64,000 nt of DNA, taken from the human T2T-CHM13v2.0 reference genome, Homo sapiens. Shown here in pieces: positions 53,764 through 64,000 of this stretch (position 1 is its first letter; each line of letters opens with the position of its first letter). A program made the translations under genes and the position numbers. The notes below the pieces were generated by a model, which had not been told where the DNA came from, did not search any database, and saw only the letters and a list, made by a program, of their open reading frames with translations. Location of the stretch: NCBI RefSeq assembly GCF_009914755.1, contig NC_060933.1; one strand, given 5' to 3'.

Positions 53764-54596
53764 TCTAGAATGGTGGAGCATTCACTAATTCTTGCTCTGC
53801 AAAACCTGGTTCTAGGTCAAAATTATTTTGTCTTGATGCTGTAATTCCTCACTGAAGATCCTAGTACTTAAGGCCTTGGGTTGGCCCACAGACATCCCAA
53901 CCCTCTGCTTGGAAACACTATAGGAACAGGTCCAGGTGGCAACCCTGCAAATCTGAACAGATGCCTATTTTTCTTCTGCCCATGAGACAGATGGTCCTCA
54001 GAGAGGGGGAGAAGAATTAGTCCATGAGAGAGAATTCTCTGTGCAGCACTAATTTTGGAAATGTATCCCTGATCCATCTGGCCAAAGAGGATTCCTTAGG
54101 AGTACCTTTGCTATTCGGGTTTGCTGAACATTCAGGAGGGGAATCCTAAGCTCCAAGGCTAGAACCTCAGGTATTTGCTCTCTATCAAAATGTTAAGTAA
54201 AGCCCTTTAGACAAGAAGTCTCAAATAATTATGACAGAAGATGATTATAAGGATGAAGACAAGGATAGCTGACTACTCATTCAGGGACTCCTTTTCAGAG
54301 AATTTCTTCAATTTCCCTTGGCAGTAAATTTTCCCTTAGATGAAAAAGATAATACCCTGATATTCTGCTATGTACAGAAAGCAGGAAGAACAATACTTTC
54401 TGAACTGCTAACAAGAGTAGCTCTCCTCTAGATATAACAATGTTTCTCCTTCTCATTAACCACCTTAACTCATCTTTGATATTCAGACCTTGTTATTCTA
54501 AAGAATATTTCCCCGCGGAACAAACCATAAATTTGCAAAGTTAATTAGGACTCTGATCTTAACGCATTTCCCCCCATTTCATTCCTAACGCTCTGC

Positions 54597-54942
54597 CGGG
54601 GGTGTCCAAGGGAGAGGAATACAGCCGTGGGTTCTTGGTTTCTGTTTCTGGTTGAGCCAATAAAGCCTCTTCCTCATCCCTCTTTTCCGCTTATCACTAG
54701 AGACATAATAGAAAAACTATATAAAAATAGAAGGAATGTCTTAAACTCCTTTTCCCTTTTATAATTAGTTGGCAGAGAGACATTTAAAGTGTGCATATAC
54801 TTCAGGAAGACACCATATAAATATGATTTTTATCTAGGTATGACATGGCTTCAGGCTGCTAAAAGCCTAAAACAAAACAAAGCAAAACAAAACAAAACAG
54901 AAACAACAACAAAAACAAAATAAGGCGGGTTGGACAAGATTG
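54597..54942 (+). mobile_element. MER30B-like hAT-Charlie element carrying a 122-bp foreign insertion
   Basis: Termini cgggggtgtcc and gggttggacaagattg; body ccctcttttccgcttatcactagagaca | atggcttcaggctgctaaaagcc. Confidence 0.75.
54724..54845 (+). repeat. Direct copy of 56787-56908
   Basis: 7 substitutions and two 1-nt indels by manual alignment. Confidence 0.93.
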
Positions 54943-54951
54943 CTAGTATAG

Positions 54952-55178
54952 CAGGAGTGTCCAGTATTTTGGCTTCCCTGGGCCACACTGGAAGAAGAAG
55001 AATTGTCTTGCGTTACAATAAAATATACTAACACTAATGATAGCTAATGAGCTTTAAAAAAAAAAATCGCGCAAAAAAAAAAAAAAATCTCACGTTTTAA
55101 GAATGTTTATGGATTTGTGTTGGGCTGCATTCAAAGCCATCCTGGGCTGCAAGCGGCCCCACAGGTTGGACAAGCTCG
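54952..55178 (+). mobile_element. MER30 hAT-Charlie
   Basis: caggagtgtcc...ttttggcttccctgggccacactggaagaagaagaattgtcttg...ggttggacaagctcg. Confidence 0.9.
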
Positions 55179-55384
55179 CCGTAGAGGGTTGGTTCTGTTC
55201 AGCTCCAGGTAGGAAAGAGACAATATTAAGATCAGACATAAGGGGAAAGTTAGGCAACTAGAAGTAGAGGCATTAAGAAAAGCAACTGCTAACAGATTCT
55301 GATCATTCAATCTTAGCCAACAGGCTTTTGAAGTATGATGGACTTGGGTGTAAGTGAAAGAGTTGAGTAGTTGTATAGAGAACA

Positions 55385-55560
55385 TACGGAACTACCACTT
55401 ACTACCTGGATAATCTCAGAGTCCTCATCTATAAAACAAAATAATAACGTAGTTACTGGTGCTGTTATTGTGAGGATTGAATGAAAAATGCATATAAGTC
55501 ATTTAATAGTGCCTGAGTCACAACATAGTAAGTCCTTAATAGGTACCTAACAATCATTAC
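55385..55560 (+). mobile_element. MIR fragment
   Basis: cctcatctataaaac...gttattgtgaggattgaatga...aatagtgcctg...acatagtaagtccttaata. Confidence 0.65.
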
Positions 55561-55731
55561 TGAGCAAAGTTCCTGCTAAAAGAATAGTTGCTGTTAGAAG
55601 CAGAAACAAAGGTGGAGCACAGAAGAAGTCACAAGGGAAAAATATCTTTCTTGATTTTCTTCTGAGTCATATACTTGGAGAAAAAGGAAAATTCTTAGTG
55701 CTTTTGGTCCCAAAACCCTGTGTAGCGTTAC

Positions 55732-55916
55732 CTGTGAGCCTGACAAGATCCTTCATCCAGTTTCAACATCAAGGGGAAAGAAGATGCTGCTTCACATAAT
55801 GCAGGTCTCTGCAGACGATGCTGTGCCACAGGAATCAATCAAGAAATAGTTACATCCCCAGCATTGCTCCGTGGGTTGTAAAATAAATGTTTCTTAGACA
55901 AAGAAAGTATAAGTAG
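55732..55916 (-). other. Candidate 185-nt exon with stops in all three frames (UTR or non-coding)
   Basis: Acceptor attattttcctaatgtttcag and donor CAG|GTAACG in non-repeat sequence. Confidence 0.3.
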
Positions 55917-56291
55917 CTGAAACATTAGGAAAATAATATCACTGATCCTAACACGGTGAAGTACTTGGCTTAAATTCAGCCTTACAAGGTTTTCTTAAGA
56001 ATATACTATTGGTTTACAAAATTTAACTCAGTATTTTTCTAAAATTGTAACACCTTCTACGTGAGGTCCCCAGACACAGGCACAAGTTGTAGGAACAGAG
56101 ACCATGGCAAATAATAAACCAGGAAAAACAGAGTTGACTTCATGATAACCAGGGTGGGAACAAAATTGACATAGGTCTCTATAAATGAAAACCAATACTT
56201 GATTTGTAACTAGAAGCAAATGGGCACCCAGGACAGACAACACAACACAGCTGCGATGACTTCCAGCCACTGATAATCTCATAAAGCTCAC

Positions 56292-56403
56292 CTCCGTGGC
56301 AACTCCCTGAAAGCAAATCAAGATCAACCCCGCTCCTCTCGGCAGATGCTTCTTTTTCCAAGTTCCATGGGTTTAGGTTACATCTGAGCTCACTTTCACG
56401 CAT
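56292..56403 (-). other. Candidate coding part of an alternative first exon (MRESELRCNLNPWNLEKEASAERSGVDLDLLSGSCHG, phase 1)
   Basis: gcaacATG with an in-frame TAA five codons upstream; donor GAG|GTGAGC; several local CpGs; peptide not recognised. Confidence 0.3.
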
Positions 56404-56786
56404 GTTGCGAGCTAATTACAAAGAATCCAGAAATGTGGGAACAAACTGGGAATACTGTAGGCTGTTTCAGCAAACCTTAGCACCATCTGCTGAAATATTA
56501 AGATGCTTGTTTAAAAAGTTGGCTGTCAGAGAAGGAGGTCACAGCACAGACAGTGGGGAAGTTCTCTTAAATAACTACTTCTTACTTCTCTTTCCTGTAT
56601 ACAAGCTGTAGGGCACTGAGCCAAAGGTGAACCGTCCAGAGAAAGAAGACCGTATCTGCTAACTTCTCCTGGTCCACGTGCCAGCAGGAGAGAACCTAGA
56701 GCATGCTGGTCATCAAAAGAGAAGAGATACGGTCAAAAGACTGTAGCATGTTTGTGCATTTCAGTGAGCAACAACAGTCATTTGGG

Positions 56787-56908
56787 AAAACAGAATGGAA
56801 CGTCTTAAACTCCTTTTCCCTTTTATAATTAGTTGGCAGAGAGACATTTAAAGTGGGCATACACTTAAGGAAGACAGCATATAAATATGATTTTATCCAG
56901 GTATGACA
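56787..56908 (+). repeat. Unique segment, inferred donor of the copy at 54724-54845
   Basis: Manual alignment. Confidence 0.93.
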
Positions 56909-57111
56909 ATCCCTTAGTAATCTGAGACTTGTGAGATTTGGGGATTCCCTTTGTAGGTTAGATGTTTCTCTCAGAAACAGAGCAGCTGAAAAGAGCCTCA
57001 GGTGTGTAGACAGTGATCAAGTCAATGGTTAGAGTTCCAACGGGCTTAGGGAAAACAAAAGAAAGCCTTGCATCATTTAATGTGTTGAAAGGCCCCAACA
57101 GAATCACATAT

Positions 57112-57340
57112 TAATAATAATAACAGCAGCAGCTAACATCTTTCGAGCATGTACCAAGCATTATGTTAATGGTTACATCTGTTATTTATTAAGTCTTCCA
57201 GCATTCTCAGGTAGGTACTGTTGTCTCATATTATAGAGGAAGAATAAAGATGCTTTCAGAAATTAAAGAACTTACAAGAGCTCATCAGTTTGGAACGGAT
57301 AAAGCTGTTATTGAAGCTTAGCTGCTGACTCCAGAGACTA
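57112..57340 (-). mobile_element. MIR
   Basis: aataataacagcagcagctaacat...aggtaggtactgtt...gctgactccagag. Confidence 0.65.
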
Positions 57341-60300
57341 ATTTCACTTGTAACTATGAAACTATATTGACCATGGACTGAGATTCATGTAAGGCCGCTC
57401 ACACAAGGGAGTGTCATCATAAGGATATGAGTGGTAAAGTGGAAGACAAGGATAAGAGCCCAAAAACATGCTTCAGGGAGACAATAAGTGGAGCCAAAGT
57501 AACTAGAAGGATGCCAGGCAGCACAAGTTCATGGGTCTTCACTCCTGTGTATCACTATTACTGACACAGCTACTCTGCCTACCTGCTTTCCCTTCTATTA
57601 ACTTGTTTCTGTTCTCTGTAACTGGTCCAAGTCACTCATTGTCTAGGCTACAGATTGGTTGTCGGCTGAGTTAGGTAGCAATGGTTCAATTAACTGAGGC
57701 CAGGTACAAGAGCAGGGGCCTCAAGGGCTGCTGAGGGCCCCAACTTCAGCTGAAGTTATGGGAAAGGCAGATACCTATGGAAGGAGCCATAAGAACAGTG
57801 GGCCCCATGCTGCTCATGTAGTACAGAAAGCAATTCTGCATCCATGTTTGTAATCTGCCTCACATTTTTTGGCTTTTACAGAGATTGTTTATATCCAAAA
57901 GGGCACACGGGATTACTTTTCAGTCCCAGCAGTCTATGTGTAGTGACTACATGGATACAATAGTATATACATACGTGAAGATCTTTCCTACTAATAAGTA
58001 CAAAGAGTACTAACAAAGACAGGTTACTTATGGAAGGGTTTCCTCTTCCTTCTTCACTCTGTTTGTTTCAAAGTCCTGTTTATTAGAATTAAAAGGTGCA
58101 TGGTCCTGATTTCCACTTACCAGGAGGCTGGTCATTTTTCATCATTACGTAGAGGGGTGGCTCCCAGTTTAGCTCAACCATCTGTCGTCCCTCGCAAGCC
58201 TGAGAGATTCACAGCAGGACCAGTAGAGTTTGCCAACCCTCTCAAGCAGGCTCTGAGGGCAGGGTTGACAAGTTACTTCCCAAGCCTGGGTGGACCAGAC
58301 AGGAAGAACAGATCCATACATATGACTAGACAGAGCCAGACACGCAGGGATAATAGGTCATCATAAAAGCAAAGTTGGCCTCCAGAAAGAAGAAAACCCA
58401 CCCTGCGACAATCACTATCAAAACCACAGGTATTCACACAGGATACTTCCATCGAACTCCAAATGCCTCTAGAGCAAAGAGGTTAAAAATGTTCTTGTGG
58501 TAAGTAAAACCTCCTTTTCATGCAAACAAAAATTAATCACATAAACATTACATGGTGACATAAGCCAAAAGATCAACAAAGCTTTACAGTAAGTAGGATC
58601 AATCCACTGAAAAGAATAATTAATGTTCAAATAAGCAGGGCATTCATTTTTTTTTCCCTAAGAAAATTAAACTCTGAAGATATGGGTTACTGAATATCAT
58701 TAGATCAGAACCTAACTATTAACACACTTCATCCAGGTGGTGCTCAGCTCCACACAGCTTCCTGCTGGAGTCAGCTTAGAAAGGATGAGGGGGGAGTGAA
58801 AGTAAAGGCGCAGTTTTCGGCCCTTTTTATGAAATGTTACAATCCTGAAATATTCCACTTAACTTCTCCAGGCTCTTTTAAATGCACTTCTAACAAACTG
58901 GTAGGACAGGTGTGAGAAAGTATATGAGGCTCGGAGTCACCAGGAGCGAGTTTACACTCGCTCCCAAGTTCTGCCATTTACTAGCCTTTGTTACATCCAG
59001 CAAGTCCTTCAGTTCTCTTGAGATTCAGATTCTTACCTTCTCACCCCAATCCCAATGAGCATCTTAGCACCTGCCCTATCTATCACGAGATTCTGCACAT
59101 CAAATTAAAACGTATATTCACAGCTTTACAACCCTGAAGTAGTCATCAGGCATTTTCATTTTTAATGGTGGCATGGACTCAAATCTCTTTTACCCAGCTT
59201 TCAATAAAACAGGGTACATGGTGAGAATGGGTTCCAGAGGCCAGGTTAAAACCCCAAATTTAAATCTTAGCTCTCTAAATAAATCTTGGCAATCTACTTA
59301 CACTCTTGTTTCCTCAGCTGTAAAAGCGGAAGACACAACTCATTTTGTAGAACTATGAGGTGCTGCACACGAGGCGGGGCTAACAATGGATACTAAATGA
59401 AATACTGGTTTTCTTCTTCTAATCCTGTGGTGCCTTCCAACTAAATCTTCTGTAATTATCCAATGGCTTTGTGGTATTATATCTTAATATATAATATACA
59501 ATGTTCAAAATGAACACAAAACTGAAGATATCCAACCTTTTCAATTCTTATATTGTTCCAAAAAGCACACCTTTATAAACTGAAACAAAAGAAATTTACA
59601 GGCAGTAAAGCTTTAAAAATCCTGACACGTGTCATATAGGAACGTCCTCTCTTAGCAGTTACTTTATATTATCTATAAATGACTTACTTTTTATTACAGG
59701 AGATAAGTGAAAATTAAGGGCAAATGAACAAAACTTCACATACCCAGGCTTTACCCAAAATTCTAAAAAGTAGAGTTTGCTAAGGATTGCACCCACCACA
59801 AGTAATGAAGCAACTTTTTTCCCTTCTATTAAGACATACCAAGTACTTGATGCCAACCAGAGAAGATAAATAATGGTTTAAACATTACAGGAAAAAGATC
59901 CTTTAGAAAAACTTACTTTTGGGGTATTTTTCCTGTGCCACTGCTATATTAAGACTTTACAACACAAACAAGAATACGTATCAACTCAAAAGAATTTTCA
60001 TTTTGACAAGAACACAAACATACCTATTGAAACTCATCCAATATCCAAATCCTCCTGTTTCCTCAGTCTTACAGATTTAGCAGTCTTACAACGGTGAGGG
60101 CCAGTACTTCCTGACCACACTGATCAACCGAACTGTTTGCAACCCCTCAAAGGTACCCGTGCTCTCAGCGTATAAACACATAAAAACACCTTAAGGCAAA
60201 GTAGGAGGTGGCCAAGCCTTGGCTGCTCAAGAACTGCCCTAAATCAATTTTAAAAGGAAAAACGAAATGGCCATGTCAACCGCCGGGTTCTGATATGTGT

Positions 60301-60638
60301 TGGCTGTACTTGGCTAGAGAAATGATGGAAGTTATCAAAATTCTTAGAAAGAAGTAGCATTTAGAAAAGCAGAGATGTGCAATTTGTTTTTTCTTTTCCA
60401 TGGACAAAGACAGTAAAGCCCCTAGCCAACCCATTAAATGGTTAACTGGAAACAGTTCGCATATTATTCCTCTGGCCTATTTCTCTCTACACAGATTTTC
60501 ACCTCTAGTAACCACAGAACAGTTTTTTCCATCAACCATAGTCCTTTGCAGAGTAACTTTTAACAAATAAATGTGGAACTACTGTAGACTCCACCTCCAG
60601 CCCTTAGTAAAAGTAACCAGAATTGGTTGCAAAGGGTC

Positions 60639-61518
60639 TGCTACAGTTTGAATGTCCCCTCCAAATCTCATGTTGAAACTCAATTGCCATTGTGACAATA
60701 TAATAGGTAGACCCATTAGGGAGTGATTAGGCATTGACAGCTCTGCCCTCATGAATGAATTAATGCCGTTATCACAGGAGTGAGTTCCAGATGAAAAGCA
60801 AGTTTGGCCTTCTCTGCCCTTGTTCTCACATTCTCTTGCCCTCTAGCTTTCCACCATGGGACGATGCAACAAGAAGGCCCTACCCAAATGCTGGTGTCAT
60901 GCTCTTGGACTTCCCAGCTTCCGCAACCAAGATACCAATAAATTTCTGTTCATTATAAGTTACCCAGTCTGTATATACCTAAAGGAATATAAATCATTCT
61001 ATTATAAAGATGCATGCACACGTATATTCATTGCAGCATTATTCACAATAGCAAAGGCATGGAATCAACCCAATTGTCGATCAATGATAGACTGGATAAA
61101 GAAAAATGAAGACACACACACCATGAAATACTATGCAGCCATAAAAAGGAATGAGATCATATCCTTTGTAGGGACAAGGATGGAACTGGAAGGCATTATC
61201 CACAACAAATTAATGCAGGAACAGAAAACTAAACATTGCACATTCTCACTTGTAAGTGGGAGCTGAGCAATGTGAACAAATATACACAGGGAGGGGAACA
61301 ACACACACTGGGGCCTGTGTAGGGGGAGGGAGAGTATCAGGAAAAATAGCTAATGCATGCTGGGCTTAGATAGGTACAGCAAATCATCGTGGGACACGTT
61401 TACCTGTGTAACAAACCTGTATATCCTGGATATGTACCCCAGAGCTTAAAATAAAATTTAAAAAGAAGTTGCCCAGTCTGTGGTACTCAGTTATAGCAGC
61501 ACAAAATGGACTAAGACA
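60639..61518 (+). mobile_element. MST (MSTB/D-like) MaLR LTR split by an L1
   Basis: tgctacagtttgaatgtcccctccaaatctcatgttgaaa...aataaatttctgttcattataagttacccagtctgt | ggtactcagttatagcagcacaaaatggactaagaca. Confidence 0.9.
60973..61464 (+). mobile_element. 5'-truncated older L1PA 3' end
   Basis: aaggaatataaatcattctattataaaga...gtaacaaacctg...; TSD aagttacccagtctgt / aagttgcccagtctgt. Confidence 0.92.
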
Positions 61519-61599
61519 CAATCTTAAACTAATTGAGTTCAACCACCTAAACGACACTTGGAATATCCCAGCCCTGGAAGCCATCCAACCAAAGCTGCA

Positions 61600-61925
61600 A
61601 GATGTCCAGGGAAAAGACAACTCCCAATGCACATACCCCAGGCCTATGAAATCACTTTTTGGGCCCAGGAATCTATGTATACATGTTTCAACAAGCCCTC
61701 TGGGTCAATCTTAAGAATGCTCAAGTTCAAGAAACACTGCCTTACATCACTTCTTCTCAAACTTAAATATGCGAATGGATCAACCTGGGACTTCTGTTAA
61801 GATGCAGATTATGGCTCAGTCGTTTAGGGGTAGAAGCTATTATAAAGTAAGTTTGCATTTCTTACAAATTTCCAAAAGACATCAATGCTGCTGATCCATG
61901 GGCCATAATTAGAACAACAAGACCT
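61600..61925. mobile_element. Two adjacent MER5-family fragments
   Basis: gggcccaggaatc...caagttcaagaaacactg and cttctcaaactt...ttaagatgcagatt...gcatttcttacaa...atgctgctgatcc. Confidence 0.6.
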
Positions 61926-63127
61926 TGAGAACAGAGTCCAGGTCTTATTCTATGTACTATAATAATTTCTTAGCAATCTACTTTGGCAACCAAGATTATG
62001 TCATGTTGAAGGTGATATGGTGGTAAGTAGTTGGAACACTGTGTGAAATACTGCACATTTTATTTCAGGCAAGTCCATATCCTTCATGTTTATGCACGTC
62101 AATTTAGATAGCAAGTGCTACTGTAAAATGTATTTGAATACTTTTAGGTATTATTTCACTCATATGATACTACTCAGTTTCTAAATAATAGCTTGGTACA
62201 TAGAGGTCTGTGGTTCTAATCACACAGAGTGCTCAACATTGGTCAAGTCAATCACTTTTCCTTTACCAGAGTTCCTTACCTGCCAAATGAAGGCATTTGC
62301 ATCAACTAATCCACAAGGCTTATTACTCCTTATGGGTCCAACAGCATGCATGAACAACAGGAAACAGCAAAAACAGAAATACCCATAACTGCTACCGAGG
62401 TAATTTTCTACACATACAAAGCAGTTAAGATAATTGCCTATCTTGCCACCAAAAGAACAAATGTTTTGTCTCTGAAGACAGAAAAATAAAGATTTTAATC
62501 AAAGATTTTAATCTGAACTGGGTTCCATTAAAGCTTGCAAGCTTTCTTACCTGTTAGAGGCTCACATACCACAAGACAAAAGGGAAATAATCTGGGTTCT
62601 ACTCCAAAAAGTCTGACTCTGACCATGCTTTAGTCAGGATACATGCTTTCGTCTTTTTCACTCACTTACCTAGAAACAGATAACTCATCTTTCCATCTTA
62701 TTCTGTGACGATGAAAGAAGCTAAACCCTAACCCCTAACCCCTTATTCCATTAGGGAATATGTATCTTTCAGAATTACGAAAATTAGTAATCAGGTCATG
62801 GTCTACATTCAGCAAAGGAAAGCAATAATGACAAGACAGTTTTATATAAGAGTCTGATACTAAGTCAGAGAAATATCTGCCCAAGTACACCCAAGAACTC
62901 CACATGCATGTAACCTCCTGATATTGTTGTATGTCTCTTAGGATTTGGCTTTTGGTGAATAAGTGGCATTAGTCAAGCTATCAACTCTAAGTAGAGGATA
63001 TTCTACTACTAATAGTAAATTCAAGCAGGTCAGGTTACCTTTTGGCTATTAACACCATAATATTACCATCAAAAAGAGGAAAGTTATGAAGTCTTGTATT
63101 TATAAGTGTACGCTAAATACCACTCAC

Positions 63128-63189
63128 CTGGTCTCTTAAGAAATAGAACATCAGACATTTCAACGTTTCTTTACATTCGTCTGATTTTT
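63128..63189 (-). other. Candidate 62-nt cryptic exon directly downstream of a (UG)n tract
   Basis: Minus strand reads (GT)n-(CT)n-(GT)n-atcag | exon | CAG GTGAGT (consensus donor). Confidence 0.4.
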
Positions 63190-63194
63190 CTGAT

Positions 63195-63225
63195 ACACAC
63201 ACACACACACACACACAGAGAGAGA

Positions 63226-63260
<35 letters not shown>
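63195..63260. repeat. Compound (CA)n(GA)n(CA)n microsatellite
   Basis: Direct reading. Confidence 0.97.
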
Positions 63261-63262
<2 letters not shown>

Positions 63263-64000
63263 CAGACACAGGACCAGTTTATATATTGTCCAAGATGGAA
63301 GACGTTATAATTAACTGTTTATATCACTAACTTTATATAAGAAACATTCACACTTACAAGATGTTCTTATCCAAGGAGAACAGAAACAACACACAACAAA
63401 GTTTACTGAGTGTGTACACTTGCACTTTCTTTTGAAACATAGTAATTCCTTTTCCCTACTTTTCCTGGAGTCACTGTTTTATAATTTAGGCATTATTTTC
63501 AACCCTGACACACCCTCGAAACAAGCAAATCCAAAATGTAAAAAGAAAACAAACCAAAAAAAACCAAAACCAAAAAACAAAAAACCCACAACGAATATTA
63601 TCAGCACTAATATTTTGATAGAGAAAATAACATTTTAGAATGAGCCAGGCCTCACACCCTAACTGTGAGTAGGTAATAACTCCTCAGACTTCACTCTCCC
63701 CTTTTATGTATCCTGCATGCATTCTGAGTGCTCACAATGCTCAAGGAACTGTGGTGGATACAGAGGAAAAGAAACACCAAGCTGACCTGCAGGAAAGGTA
63801 CTACTCTAAGGGATTTTCCAGTCTAGGAAGCTAAAACATGAGCTAAGTTATGTATGTATTATAGACTTCCCCTCACACAAAAAGCCCAGCTAGGCTTTTT
63901 TCCAGGTGATGTATTTCAGCAGTAAAACCAAACCACCTCACTTAAGGGTAAAATGTTTCTATCAAGGCCACCTACTATTAACCATTACAGTATACTGTGT

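Noticed and set aside
62722-62742. Telomere-like taaaccctaaaccctaacccc
   Set aside because: Only about three imperfect units; too short to call an interstitial telomere

Overview
Primate, human-like euchromatic DNA dominated by interspersed repeats: Alu/FLAM, L1PA and L1M fragments, L2, L3/CR1, MIR, MLT1/MLT2/MST/LTR33 LTRs, and hAT/Tigger MER elements. No recognisable intact protein-coding gene is present; the ORF track is repeat-derived or chance. The one clearly identifiable gene-derived sequence is a full-length, disabled SUMO2 processed pseudogene on the + strand (about 16014-16958). Several good minus-strand splice-site pairs suggest the window is intronic or 5'UTR sequence of a large minus-strand gene, but I could not identify that gene and the exons are only candidates. 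The most notable structure not explained by repeat families is three local 120-155 bp copy-paste duplications of unique DNA. These are 33954-34108 -> 38007-38161, 42843-42979 -> 42075-42223 (inverted, near perfect) and 56787-56908 -> 54724-54845. Each inferred copy sits inside an old transposon, with microhomology or filler visible at the junctions of the latter two, and many short tandem or fold-back duplications occur nearby. Other oddities are a UG-repeat-flanked candidate cryptic exon, an Alu monomer ending in T23 rather than poly(A), and two nested inverted same-family insertions (Alu in Alu, MLT2 in MLT2). Repeat subfamily names come from my recollection of consensus sequences and need RepeatMasker/Dfam confirmation.
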